This document shows, piece by piece, positions 50,880 through 64,000 of a stretch of DNA of 64,000 nt. The DNA is taken from NCBI GenBank assembly GCA_963514005.1, contig OY740785.1, forward strand, positions 69,378,001 through 69,442,000, given 5' to 3'. The DNA comes from Raja brachyura (lineage: Eukaryota). Every line of letters starts with the position of its first letter. The first letter of the stretch is position 1. Under the pieces are notes generated by a model that saw only the letters and a list, made by a program, of their open reading frames with translations, made no database searches and was not told the origin of the DNA. Made by a program: the position numbers and the translations under genes.

Positions 50880-52134
50880 AACCCCAAAAGATTGTTAATT
50901 ATGAAATTGAAGTAAGAAGTATTTTTGAGGTTGCTTTGAGCATTGTTGGAACAATGTTGGAAGCCAAGATCAGAGTGGGAGTGAGACAATAGTAAGTTTC
51001 ACATTTGTGATTTCATTTCCATGTCAACATTACAACAGCAGTCAGATATGTAGCTGCATTCTGAAAATCACTGACTTGTCAAACTTTGCCAATTTTATTA
51101 TGTTTTGGATTGTGCTCACCAACACTTGTCATCATGTGTGCCAGCCAAAATATCTGAAAAAAAGTGGCCAAGTTGCAAGTTCAGTTCCATGAGATAGTTT
51201 ACATTTTAGAACATTTATTGTTATTGCCAATGTTCAAACTCTAAATTTTAATTTTAAAAGTGTATATTTTATGTTTATTGGGGATTAAGTTCTTCTCTCC
51301 GTTGCTCGGATACAATTCAGCTATTTTGCAGAACATTTATACAAGAGGTTTTCCAATTGACTGGCCTTTGCCTTTACAGATGGAGAAGCTGCAATAAAGC
51401 TATGTAAACTGCTTTAGTGTATCATCAGGGAACCTTAACTGAGGTGATGAAATCATGAGAATATAGACCTAAGGTTAAAGCAGGGAATAACATTTAAAGT
51501 GAGTTCCAGTTAGCTAAGCATTATATGAATTTGCAAATTCAACTTTGTAGTTCATTTTAAACCCATATCTAGCAGTTATTACTAATTGTGCTCACTTTTA
51601 TGTACATGCATAAGTGAGTGAAATATTCTTCCATAATCCCATTTAGAATTAAAACATAACATGCTGGAAATACTGAGCAGGCCAGGCAACATGCATGATC
51701 AGAGGAACAGAGTGGATATTTAAGTCCAACGTTCTTCATCAAACTAAATTGTTAACTCTGTTTCTTCCTGCAACAATACTGCTACAATTAGCAATATTAT
51801 AAATGCTATTATTTCAGCATTTTCCACTTTTATATCAGTATTCTAGCTATTTTGCTTAGAATAGGTTTGTAGAGGTCTTAAAGCATTAAGATCTTTATAA
51901 ACACTGTATATTTATTCCCCTCAAAGATCTCAAGCTGCTTGAATTCTTTCAGAAACACTGGAGTGAGAGAGAGTATTTCATAAAAACAGTTAATATTTAC
52001 TTGTGCAAATGTGTCAGGTGGGTCTGGTGAAGATTACCAGTTATCAGTTGTGTAGAAAGGAACTGTAGATGCTGGTTTAAACTGATGACAGACACAAAAT
52101 GCTGGAGTTTTTGTTCAGACACAAAATGTACAGA

Positions 52135-52162
52135 CTGAAGAAGGGTCTTGACCCGAAACCTC
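52135..52162 (+). ncRNA. Minimal type-I hammerhead ribozyme-like motif in Penelope pseudo-LTR (host repeat ~52050-52220)
   Basis: CTGAAGA-A-GGGTC-TT-GACCC-GAAA-CCTC: both core boxes and a paired stem II; stem III palindrome mutated (ACCT rather than ACGT), so possibly inactive. Confidence 0.6.
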
Positions 52163-53212
52163 ACCCATTCCTTCTCTCCAGAGAGGCTGCCTGAGTTACT
52201 CCAGCATTTTGTGTCTGTCACTAGTTATCAGTTTTCTACCCACACACACCACAATGGAATAAAAAACAGAATTAGTTATACCAAGAAAAATCTTGTGGCT
52301 GACATTAGTGCACATTTTGTATATTGTTATGTCCAGAACAAGCATTAACCAAGCAACTCGACCTCATAAACTAGTGCAAAACATTAAAAATCTCCAAAAC
52401 TTGGATCCTTTTTCTTTGCCCTTTTTACTTTGATTCACTCAACTCGACACCTTTGTTCAGGGCCTCTGGTTGTTTATACGTTAAAGTTGTAAAAATTATT
52501 GGTACTGATCCATATGTATTACTGGCATTTTGTAAACCCTGGGACCATCTTTTTCATGAAATTTACACCAATTTCTTCAAGCCTAATCAGCCACATAGAT
52601 GTAATAAGGTAAGTTTTATAAGATATCCATCTTTGTCCCAGTTGGCTTCGCTTACATTGTGATTTATCAATTGATGTACCTGAAATAATTTGTGAATATT
52701 AAGACAATGTAGCTGTAACAAAAAATTACAGAATATTAATTTCACTGCTTATTTAAATTTGAGGTTTGTGGAACCTGCTCTAAACTAAGAAAAACGATAC
52801 CTACACTGTAGCAATAAAAATTGAATTATGCTGTTGTGTTGATCCTTTTAGTGGCACAAAAGAAGTATTATATGTAATTATCTGGCTTAAGAATAAAGTG
52901 TGTACTGGAACATGTCAATGTAATAGGTTATACATTTCTCATAATTTTGTCAGATTTATCATCTGATCATTTTGGAGAAAGAACAATGTCGTTTTTCACA
53001 TTCAAATTGGAACAATATTCTCGTGTGGGTCAAGAATAATTACATGATTTATGATGGGCTAGGCCCAAATTGGGTGCTGTATTTCTTATATTGCAACAGC
53101 AGTTTGGTTTCTTGGCGTGTCTTGTGTGGGGGATGGTGAGGGGGGATAAGGGGGGAACCGCTTTCGGTCGCCTCCTCCATGTCGCCACCCTCGCGGCCTA
53201 ACACCATGGATT

Positions 53213-53672
53213 CAAGTCAAGTCAAGAGATTTTTAAAGAAGGAACTGCAGATGCTGGAGAATCGAGGGTTACATAAAAAGCTGGAGAAACTCAGCGGGTG
53301 CAGCAGCATCTAAGGAGCGAAGGAGATAGGCGACGCTTCGGGTCGAGACCCTCCTCAGTCAAGAGAGTTTATTGTCATGTGTCCCGGATAGGACAATGAA
53401 ATTCTTGCTTTGCTTCAGCACAACAGAATTTAGTAGGCATGAATACAGAACATATCAGTGTGTCCATATACTATTATATAAATATAGACACACATCAATA
53501 AAGTGCAAATAAACAGATAATGGTCTATTAATGTTCAGAGATTTGTTTCAGTTGAGATTAATAGCCTGATGGCTGTGGGGAAGTAGCTATTCCTGAACTG
53601 GGACGTTGCAGTCTTCAGGCTCCTGTACCTTCTACCTGATGGTAGTGAGGAGATGAGTGTGTGGCCAGGAAT
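53213..53672 (-). mobile_element. Rex1-like 3' end with nested Penelope fragment (~53232-53358)
   Basis: (TCAAG)n tail, agtttattgtcatgtgtcc, gcctgatggctgtggggaagtagct; the Penelope piece is flanked on both sides by gtcaagaga.ttt. Confidence 0.8.
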
Positions 53673-54351
53673 GGTGCGGCCTTTCCCGGAGTCGAGCCCG
53701 GAGTTTCAGCAGCGTGCGCAGCATGGACTTTTCATTGCGGAATGGGTGAGCCCTTGCCGGGGGTCGCCAGAAGGGAGTGCTCCGATCGCTGGCCCGCGGA
53801 CTGTTACAGCCTATAGCCACGGTCTGCAGAGCCTCTAGCCGCGGACGCGGCGTCCGGAGCCTGGGACCCCCCGCTAAGGATCTCTGGAAAAGAGCTCCGA
53901 ATGGCGGCCCGCGGCCGATAACATCTTGAAGCTGCGGTCTGCGGAGCTTCTAGCCGCGGGCACGGCATGGACTTACCATCCGGAGCGGGATCCCTTGCCG
54001 GGATCCCCGGAGAAGCTGCAACAGTCGGCTGCGGCCTACAACATCCTGAAGCCGCAGTCTTGGGTAGGGAAGTGCCGATTCGGGACTTACCGTCCCGACG
54101 AGAGGGCCTGTACATCTGGCCGCCTGCAGCGGCGACTGCGGAGGTTTATGGGGGAACCACGGGGGAACAATGGAGGAGGACTGACTGTACTTTGTGCCTT
54201 CCACCACAGTGAAGAATGCTGTGGTGGATGTTTGTGTTCAATTTTTATTGTGAATTATGTGTTCTTTTTTGATTGTACCGCTGCTGGCTAAATTCATTTC
54301 ACTGCACTTTATTGTGTATGTGATGTTTTACACTGCACTTTATTGTGTATG

Positions 54352-54698
54352 TTTTTTTAAATTTAATACGAGAGAGACAGAAAGAAGAAATAAGAGGGTA
54401 AAGAGATTTAAAAAAGAAAAAAAAGGGAAAAGAAATTAGGAGAGATATACCTATTTAATATCTTTACCTACCTGTCACCCGGTTCTGAACCGTTTAATTT
54501 CCAAGGTTATGTTGCACCATATGCTTGTAAGAAGTCGATAAAAGGAGACCGAATCTTTAAGAATTGGTCTACTTTGCCTAATAGGAGGAATCTCATTTCC
54601 TCAAGATGTAGCGTTTCCGACATATTTGAAATCCACATTTTAAACGTTGGCGTGGATGCGTTTTTTCAAAATTTAAGTATGTTTTTTTGCTGTTATTA
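54352..54698 (-). mobile_element. L1-clade LINE 3' end
   Basis: Minus translation KNASTPTFKMWISNMSETLHLEEMRFLLLGKVDQFLKIRSPFIDFLQ, typical of an L1 ORF2 C-terminus, followed by a T-rich UTR and short poly(A). Confidence 0.75.
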
Positions 54699-57600
54699 AA
54701 TGTGATTAATAAATCTGATTGATTGATTGATTGGTTACTCTTTTGGCGGTAAGGCACTTTGGGATGTTCTTTAAGGATGCTTAAGATTTAGGCCTTAAAG
54801 AGCTTGTTTACATCTGTTCAGTTTTGGAATATTGTTGCAGACCAATAAAGATATAATTATTGTAAATTTTTAGCTTGTAATCAATGAATGTAATCAAAGT
54901 ATACATTTACGTATACTTGTAGATTTTCAAGTTACAATGACAGTCACATGTTTCTTCTTCAGTACAGACAAAATATATGTTCAGTTAATTCCAAAATGTC
55001 TCCAGACCTAGTCATGAGTAAACTGACTGTTGTGTGGCACTGCATGTTTCCAATTTGGTAATCTTTTATATATTTTTGAAATTCATCGTTTATGCTTTAC
55101 TGAATAACATAGAGAGTAACTACAATAAGATATTAAAGATGTGAAGCTAGGTTTATGATTAATATTCACGTTCAAAATCTGTTGCCAATGTCTTCTGGTG
55201 GTTCCATTGTCTCCAGTTCAGTACTGGCAGCATGCCAGAAAGCAAAGCCCATTTTCTTCTATTTGTTCATAATCAGTGTTGCTTAACCAGTGAAGTTTTA
55301 CATTAAACGCACTACAACATTCTCAATCCAAACATAACTGATACCACATCTAATTGCCCGAGAGCTTTGTCAAATCTGGAAAAATGTGAAATCTCTATAG
55401 GTTATGAAATTACGTTCAAATTTAGTTCCCTGATAATCACATTTTAAACTAGTGTGACTACGTTAGGGTCATCCTCCCCTTATAGCAGGCTTATTTTCAG
55501 ATGAGGGGTGTAAGGTGAATGAAGTAACAACTGTTAGTTTTTAATCTCTGATCAGAGCTCAGCAATTACATGGCCTTTGGATAAGGACTGGGACAAGTAT
55601 GGCTTCATTCTTTTCCACTAATCATTTAGTCAGTTATACCATTTTCACAAGATTGCTACTTGTTAAATGTATCATATAATTTTCAGCACCTTCACTACAA
55701 CACAAATCATCCATTATAATCTTATAATTTTGTAAAATGACACTTTTCATATTTTAAACCTGAACAACATTCTTATGCAGATCAAAGAGTGACTGCAGAT
55801 CTGTTTGTAGTCTTGCACCCCAAGACTACAAAGGTTAGAAACCAATAAAATAATATTTTCACAATGCAGATTCCCCAATCAGTGTAGTATCAGATATGTA
55901 AAATGTTTAGCAAGGGAGCTAATGATACAATTTTTAATGTATTCTCCTTGTGAAAATGTTATTTTTTGTTGTTGTTCTCGTCATTTTTACATCTCTTCCA
56001 ATTTACCAGTCTATTCAAACCAATTGGGGTATCATTGAGGAACGATTATTGCGATAAACCGTGATGCATTCACAGTATAAAATGCCACACTTCCATTATA
56101 ACTGTCCAGATATGCTGGTTTTGCCATGTTGGGAAATGATTGACTTAACACCATATAATGTTAAAGTCTTGTTGAGAGGTCATTTGTTTGTGGGTGTATC
56201 CCTGGACATGCTTTAATGTGATCCTTTAGGTCATATTTCACAGAGGTCAACTGACCTCAATTTAATAATAAAGGAAACCTGAAGGGTGTTTGTAGTCTTT
56301 AGCTAAGCATTTGACATAGAGATCTGAAAAATGTAATCCGAACAAGCTGGGGCAGCTCCTAACAATCCAAAGGTCATGAATAATAACATAACTTCACTGT
56401 ACAAAAATCAACTGCACGTAGTTATTCGAATTATTCATAATACTTGATGGTCTCAATGACTTTAAATTCTGTTGCACAGCAACAAAATTTTTAAACCAGC
56501 AATTTTTCAATTTTAACCATTTTTGGTGATTAAACCATCAATGAAATGTTTGAAAAGGGAGATATTTTTGATATATTGCTGATGATTATTGGACCAGCAT
56601 CTCATTCTTTTGATACTTTAAAATCACATGAGGTTCAAGATTCAAGAGAGTTTATTGTCATGTGTCCCTGATAGGACAATGAAATTCTTGTCTTATCATC
56701 TGCATCTGTTCATCTGCATTTTCATTATATATGTGGTTGGTAAGCCTAGCATTGCAGAAAATCCACCAGGAGATAATGTAAAGTAATGTGCATAATTAGT
56801 TATTGCAAATCCCTTCATGCAAAGAAAGGCACCTAGTTTTCTGAAACCCGCTTTTTTTCAAATTGGTTTATTGATTTCAGCCTGTCTTCAAAAAAAAAAG
56901 TCAGAAATCATTTATTTGTTGATCTGAGCATTTGCACTACTTGAGCAGAAAACATTTGTGGGTGCAGTCCTTCCAAATTCTCAACCCCATGTTTCCATCG
57001 CTGGCATTCCTGTGGCCCCTTGTTGTGCCTGGACTATCAACAGATTTCTGCAGGTCTTCCGACCTACAACACCATTCATTATCTTGTATTTATAAAGTGA
57101 CTAGAGAAACCTTACTGAGGAGTGATTGCTGAGCAACGTCTGACACAGAGCCAGCCATATAAAGAGCTATTAGGACAAGTGCTCAGAAAAGGGTTCAGTA
57201 TAGTGTCTTTTAAGCCTCCAGGTGTGTTTCAGCAACGCCCTAATTGTGATAAGACATCTTGGCTCTTGTACTTAAAATCTCTTACAATGAAGGACAACAT
57301 TTAATTTGTCTTCTAAATTGCTTGCTGCATTTAATTGTTTGCTCTCAGTGATAAGCATGAAAGAGCAGTTAAATAGTTTTACACATCAACATTTCCCAAT
57401 TTCTCGCAGTTTAAATAATACTTTCTATTTTATCCCTCAGTAAGTTCATACTTATTCACATAGCTTTGCGTTATGCTCACAATTCTCACACAGTTTTATG
57501 TTGGCTGCAAAGATAGATCGAAATAGCTGATATACATTGTAAATAAATGGGACCAAGCATTGATCCTTGTGGTATCCCACAAATCATTGCCTGCCATTGC

Positions 57601-58896
57601 AAAAGTAATCCATTTATTCCTCCTCTCTATTTCTTGACCAATTTTCAACCCTGTATATTACTCCAACTCCTATGTGCATTAATTTTGGATGTTTACTGGA
57701 TGACTCGTTCAAAAGCCTTCTGAAAGTCCATGTGGATTATGTGGATTTTCCCTCTAGGGATGAATAAAGTTCTATCATATCATCAATTGAACAACTTCTG
57801 TTCACATGGTTGTCCAGTACTTTGTTGACGACAGTCTCTCTGTAAGCCACTCCTGTGCCAAATTACACTCTTTAGAATATGATATGGCTTGTCTCTTTTC
57901 TCTTGATTTTTTTTCATGCAAGCTCTTCTTGAAGCTCTGATTCCAAACCGTTGTCCTCTAATTTTTCTTTGCAAACACTTGAAATGTGAATTATTAAATT
58001 ATTCTGAAGATATTTCCAGATCATCTTGAAAGCATTTCCGTTTTTGATTTCTTGCTGCCTCCACTTGAAGAATAGTTGTGTTTTAAATGCTACAAGTATA
58101 ACTTGATGTTTCTGCATTATATACTACCTATGCAATTAGAAAGAGATGACTACTTTCTGGAAGAATTGATTTTGGAATTATTAAGTAAGCAACTTCTCCA
58201 ATGCTACCTCTTGGGTGCCAAATTGCGGAATTTAGGATTTCAGAGCCAGGAAATGTAATTAATTTCAAGAGCTTTGGAAGAAGTTATGGTATGAGGCTTA
58301 AATTAGCAGAACAGTTGCGCAGCTTAGAAAGTAACAAAGAAAATTGGGTGGCCTTGCTTTACTTTCAGCAACTTATTAACTAGCCTTCTTCAGACAAATC
58401 TATAGCTGGTCCATTTATTTTTATATATGACTCAACAGTGTTTTGGAAATAATTACACTGTGGCAAAAATATTGAAGTGGTTGTTGAGTTTGGATGACTG
58501 CCCAATAGCTCACCTCATTTTGAGTCGCCTACCTCATCGGTGCACTTTGCTGGGCACAGATTGTGTCGTCGCTACTCCTGCTCCTTCTGGAATTTTGAAA
58601 AAAAACAATGTTATAAGAAAAACCTATGGCCAAAGATCACTGGAGAGACTCAATGTTGTTTCAACATCCTCTGCAAGGGTGCCTGGAAAAGCCATTAGAT
58701 CCCTTTTAACATTCACAGACTAATGTTTGCTTAAAGCCAAAATCACTGTAAAATGACAGCAGCAAATTTAACAATGGGCCCAACATTCTGCTCAGATACG
58801 TTGCAAGTTGACCCACAGTAAAATGGATATGCATTGCTCTTAAACATGTACTGGAAATGTTGTATTGCTCAAATTAGATAGTCAAATATTGGCTTG

Positions 58897-60385
58897 TTGT
58901 TATTATTATTGTCATGTGTACTGAGATACAGTGAAACACTTAGTTATGTATGCTATATAGTCAAATCCATACACAAGTACAACAAAGAGAAAAATAGCCA
59001 GAGGGCAGAATATAGTGCAAAAGCACTTTTAGTGTTGCAGCTATAAACTGCAGATAAAAGTAAAACTGCAGGTTGCACAATGAGGTAGGAACTGCACCCT
59101 TAGCTTATGAGAGGTCCGTTTAGTATTCTGATACCATGAAGTAGCAATGTTACAAAATTTTGAGATTTAAAAAATTAAGTTTGCAATTTATCCCATCAGA
59201 TAATGCATAAAAAGGAGTTTAATTTGACACCTAAATCACTTTCATATCTTCAGTATTAAAAAAGTTATGGCCATTTTCATACTCAGGAATTAGCATCTTG
59301 TTCCCTAGTGCTTTTCCATTGACTTAACACAAAAGCTGTGATCAAGATCAAAGCCCATAACTTTCTTAAAAATTAAGAGAACTGAATGAAATTTTCAGTT
59401 ATTATCGATTAAAGCATTCTGAAACAAATATGAAACAATCTTACTTGGATGACCTGCAATTAAAGCATATAATTAGTTAGTTACCTAATTGAAGCTAATT
59501 ACAAAATGCAATTACTAGAAATAAACATCTATCCATTTCTTAAGAAAAGGTTAACATTTTTAAAAAGCCTAAGTGTCCAAATAATATTCACACAAGAATT
59601 CACAATACAACATGATTTTTAAATCTCATTGTCATGAATTTATAGGCCAAATGGAAGGAATTTAGTGTTTAATTCCCGTAGATTAATGGCCATTTAAATC
59701 AACTTGCGAGTGGGTTTTTGTGGAAAGCGATCGTTTGGAACACTGCGGTTTGCGGTGAATTTAACCCCCCAATCGGCAGGAAAAATACTGCCGGTTTGTA
59801 TATTTTTTAAGTCACCTTTTCGCAACATGAAATTTTGATTAAAGGCTTCTTAAGAAGCATGTTTTTATTTAAAAATAAACTGTGTGCCCTATTTTGTCCC
59901 CTACGTGAGATCCGTCCCGTTGTCGGCGTTCACGGCTTTAGAAGATGATTTTTAATTCACTCTAGCAATTAAATTATTTAGCGCAGTTTAAAAATAACTC
60001 CATAAAACAAATGTCGGAGCGATTTCTCTTCAGCAACTAAATCCCATGAGATTAATCGATTTGAATGGTCTGAAGTAAACGGCATTTTAGACCCGCCCCC
60101 ATCTCAAAGACACCAAAGTCGCGCACCCGGGCAGTGGCAGAACTGCAGCGCCGCTCAAGGTAAGTTTTGTAACATACCTACATGATTCAGCTGTTGCTGA
60201 ATCGGGTGGTATGCACTTTCAAGCAGTTGTAATTTCAGCCCGATGGGAGATGGCAGAAGAGGACAGGTGTTCTTTGATTATGTTGGCTGCTTTTCCAAGA
60301 GTGTGAGGTGTAGATGGAGGTGAGGGGAGAGGAAGTTGGTTTGTGTGATGGGCGAGCTGCATCTACAAATCATTGCAATTCCTTG
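58897..60385 (-). mobile_element. Rex1-like 3' remnant split by the TIR element
   Basis: ttattattattgtcatgtgtactgagatacagtgaa ... gagaggtccgtttagtattctgata | cagctgttgctgaatcgggtggt ... gtgaggtgtagatggag; related to 21350-21848. Confidence 0.65.
59142..60180 (+). mobile_element. Non-autonomous ~1 kb TIR element, copy 2
   Basis: Same termini TAGCAATGTTACAAAA ... TTTTGTAACATACCTA; flanks catgaag / catgatt (5/7 TSD match); collinear with 16488-17494. Confidence 0.9.
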
Positions 60386-61225
60386 TACTGAAAGGAAATG
60401 AATCATGTTGAATTACCCAAACTACACAGCATCAAAATATAAAGTGTAAATCTTTCAATTAATCTTGAAAATGTTGAATATCATGTCAATATCTGAAAAA
60501 GAGAGGGTTAATTGCGACCAATTATTACGTGCAGTTTGTTAACTAAGATTACCAACTGAAAAGATAATGTAACATTTATTGGCATGAAAGAGCACCATTT
60601 TGACATGCTGTCATGGATGATGTCAGGGTTTCCTGGCAAAATCAAGTGCAATGACCCCGTTGACACAGGCTACGACTGTCTTCGCTGTTGTTCACACACT
60701 GCGTACAAAGTCGTTCAGCAAAATAATTGGCTCTCTGTAACTCCTTTGTTAACAGTGTACCGGCACATTATAGTACAAGCTCATTCTTTCCAGTAACTAA
60801 TCTCCTGCGATTATTTTACTTGGCCAGGTGCACAGCAGGTTCATTTACTCTTCAGCATTGAATTCTTCTGGCACATAACCACGTTCAAATCTCTGTAAAA
60901 CACAGCATAATTTATCATTGTTACAGTGAATAAAAACTATCATACAGGTTCGTCCAATTGCTTCAAACAAAAAATAGAAAATTGAATTGGGTTAATTGAA
61001 CAGTGCTAAAATTAATTACCACCTATTTTTCAACATTGATTTCTTTGAACACAACATTTGCAACAATAACTATTACTGTACTTCTACCCCCTAAGTACTT
61101 TGCCATTCAAGATTTTTGGACCCAAGCTTTAATTTTTAACGGAGTGTTATCACTAAGATGGGGAATGTATATTGTGCAGAATGGAAGCAGCAATGAAACA
61201 TAGGTCCGATGGCATTTCTTTGATA

Positions 61226-64000
61226 CAGTGCATTCAGAAAGTATTCGGACACCTTCACTTTTTCCACATTTTGTTATGTTACAGCCTTGTTCTAAAATGG
61301 ATTAAATCATTTTTTTATTATCAATCTATACACAGTACCCCACAATAAAAAAAAGCAAAAACAGGTATTTAGAATTTTTTGCAAAGTAATTAAAAATAAA
61401 TAACTGAAATATCACATTTACCTAAGTATTCAGACCCTTCACTCAGTACTTTGTTGAGGCACCTTTGGCAGCGATTACAGCCTCAAGTCTTCTTCGGTAT
61501 GATGCTACAAGCTTACACACCTGATTTGGGATAATTTCTCCCATTCTTTTCTGCAGATCCTCTCAAGCTCTGTCAGGTTGGATGGGGAGTGTCGATGCAC
61601 AGCTATTTTCAGGTCCCTCCAGAGATATTCGATTGGTTTCAAGTCGGGACTCTGGCTGGGCCACTCAAGGATATTCACACTGGCCACGAAGCTACTCCAG
61701 CGTCGTCTTATAGACAATAGGTGCAGGAGTAGGCCATTCAATGTGATCATGCCCAATCAGTACCTTGTTCCTGCCTTCTCCCCATATCCCCCAACTCCGC
61801 TATGTTTAAGAGCCCTATCTAGCTCTCTCTTGAAAGTATCTGAAGATCTGGCCTCCACCTCCAAGGCAGAAAATTCCACAGACTCACCACCCTCTTTGAG
61901 AAAAAGTGTTTCCTCATCTCCATTCTAAATGGATAACCCCTTATTCTTAAACTGTGGCCCCTGGTTCTGAACTCTCCCAACATCGGGAACATGTTTCCTG
62001 CCTCTACCGTGTCCAAACCCTTAATAATCTTATATGTTTCAATAAGATCCCCTCTCATCCTTCTAAACTCTAGAGTATACAAGCCCAGCTGCTCCATTCT
62101 CTCAGCAAATGACAGTCCCACCATCACGGGAATTAACCTTGTGAACCTACGCTGCTTACTTTCATTGACTGATGAAAAAGGACCCCCAGATCCTGTTGTA
62201 CTTCCCCTTTTCCCAACTTGACACCATTTAGATAGTAATCTGCCTTCCTGTTTTTGCTAATAAAGTGGATAATTTATGCACTTAAATGAAGTTTAATGCA
62301 CATTTATCCACATTAAACTGCATCTGCCATGCATCTGCCCACTCACCCAACCTGTCCATGTCACTCTTCATTCTCATAGCATCCTCCTCACAGTTCACAC
62401 TGCCACCCTGCTTTGTGTCATCTGCAAATTTGCTAATGTTACTTTGAATCCCTTCATCTAAATCATTGATGTATATTGTAAATAGCTGCGGTCCTAGCAG
62501 CGAGCCTTGTGGTACCCCACTAGTCACTGCCTGCCATTCTGAAAGGGACCCGTTAATCCCTACTCTTTTTCTGCCAACCAATTTTCTATCCATGTCAGCA
62601 CTCTACCCCCAATACCATGTGCCGTAAATTTGCACTCTAATCTCCTATGTGGGACCTTATCAAATGCCTTCTGAAAGTCCGGGTACACTACATCCACTGG
62701 CTCTCCATTGTCCATTTTCCTAGTTAAATCCTCAAAAAATTCCAGTAGGTTAGTCAAGCATGATTTCCCCTTTGTAAATCCATACTATCACGGACCGATC
62801 CTGTTGTTGCTATCCAAATGTGCCACTATTTCATCTTTTATAATTGACTTCAGCATCTTCCCCACCACCGATGTCAGGCTAACTGGTCAATAATTCCCTG
62901 TTTTCTCTCTCCTTTTTTTCTTAAAAAGTGGGATAACATTAGCTACCCTCCAATCCACAGGAACTGATCCTGAATCTATAGAACATTGTAAAATTATCAC
63001 CAATGCATCCACGATTTCTAGAGCCACTTCATTAAGTACCCTGGGATGCAGACTCTCAGGCCCTGGGGATTTATCGGCGTTCAGTCCCATCAGTCTACCC
63101 AGCACCATTTCCTGCCTAATGTGAATTTCCTTCAGTTCCTCCATCACACCAGATCCACTGGCCACAACTATATCAGGAAGATTGTTTGCGTCCTCCTTAG
63201 TGAAGACGGATCCAAAGTACCTGTTCAACTCATCTACCATTTCCTTGTACCCGATAATAAATTCACCTTTTTCAGTCTTCAAGGGTCCAACTTTTGTCTT
63301 AACTATTTTTTTTCCCCTTAACGTACCTAAATAAGCTTTTACTATCCTGCTTTATATTCTTGGCTAGCTTACCTTCAGACTTCATCTTTTTTCCCTTATT
63401 GCCTATTTAGTTATCTTCTGTTGCTCTTTAAACATTTCCCAATCCTCTTGCTTCCCACTCATCTTTGCTACATTGTACTTCTTCTCTTTTATTGTATACT
63501 GTCCCTGACGTCTCTTGTCAGCCACAGTCGCCCCTTACTCTCCTTGGAATATTTCTTCCTCTTTGGAATGGCTGTGTGCATAGGGTTGTTGTCCTGTTGG
63601 AATGTGAACCACCGACCCAGTCTGAGGTCCAGAACGCTCTGGAGCAGGTTTTCATCAAGGATCTCTTTGTACTTGCTCCGTTCATCTTTCCCTCGATCCT
63701 GACTAGTCTCCCAGTTCCTGCCACTGAAAAACATCCCCACAGCATGATGCTGCCACTACCATGCTTCACCGTAGGTATGGTATTGGCCATGTGATGAGTG
63801 GTGCCTGGTTTCCTCCAGACATAACACTTGGCATTCAGGCCAAAGAGTTCAATCTTGGTTTCAAGAGACCAGAGAATCTTGTTTAGGTGCCTTTTGGCAA
63901 ACTCCATACAGGCTGTCATGTGCTTTTTACTGAGCAGTGTCTTCCGTCTGGCCATTCTACCATAAAAGCCTGATTGGTGGAGTGCTACAGATATAGTTGT
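61226..64000 (-). mobile_element. Tc1 (DD34E, IR/DR type) transposon, degenerate, interrupted by CR1 and running off the window
   Basis: TA|CAGTGCATTCAGAAAGTATTC terminus with inner repeat aagtattcagaccctt (~61424); motifs [51 protein letters not shown]. Confidence 0.93.
61710..63569 (-). mobile_element. CR1 LINE, 5'-truncated with internal deletions, inserted in the Tc1 transposase
   Basis: ORF pieces 62887-63282, 62560-62757, 62282-62593 (SKFADDTK), 61819-62127; Tc1 sequence gtctt|ggctgtgtgc is split at its ends. Confidence 0.93.

Larger units (their letters stand above)
53100..54734 (+). mobile_element. Unclassified GC/CpG-rich internally repetitive element with LINE-like tail, interrupted by nested insertions
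   Basis: ggcctaacaccatggatt (to 53212) resumes as ggtgcggcc (53673), contiguous in the relative at ~12790-12820; repeated GGACTTACC/GGCCTACAACATC units; tail aataaatc(TGAT)n at 54708-54734. Confidence 0.6.

Noticed and set aside
53632-54291. Overlapping GC-rich ORFs as a gene or CpG-island promoter
   Set aside because: They lie in an interspersed repeat with a relative near 12.7 kb; open frames reflect GC content.
57790-58900. Possible ancient RTE-like LINE on the minus strand
   Set aside because: Only faint similarity (RKCFQDDL-like); too decayed to call.
62169-62195. CTGATGA as a hammerhead or snoRNA box
   Set aside because: No stem II/GAAA partner; lies in antisense CR1 coding sequence next to an internal deletion.

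Overview
Eukaryotic, AT-rich, CpG-depleted, repeat-dense DNA. The repeat set (HE1/V-SINE-type tRNA SINEs with CR1-like tails, HER1-like CR1 LINEs, Penelope pseudo-LTRs, Rex1, Tc1, hAT, Harbinger, Gypsy, LF-SINE-like and DeuSINE-like relics) points to a cartilaginous fish, probably a skate or ray; this is inference from recognition, not a database search. The window looks almost entirely intronic. I found one convincing host exon, 36084-36161 (+), 78 nt, phase 0/0, NDEQPEKNRNKEKRRGRPGRKRKQTM, which resembles the N-terminal GRPGRKRK exon of vertebrate DNMT3A. All long ORFs come from transposons. The most notable observations are: a two-copy ~1 kb TIR element with a 7-bp TSD and an outward-facing splice donor (one copy has an ATG mini-exon in frame with the DNMT3A-like exon); hammerhead-ribozyme cores in Penelope fragments; a pseudoknot-like HERO 3' UTR; a locally templated 230-bp insertion inside a hAT transposase; a composite Harbinger MITE; a minimal Gypsy element; and multi-level nesting. 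I cannot demonstrate a new biological system from sequence alone. The top findings are testable hypotheses, and boundaries of old repeats are approximate.
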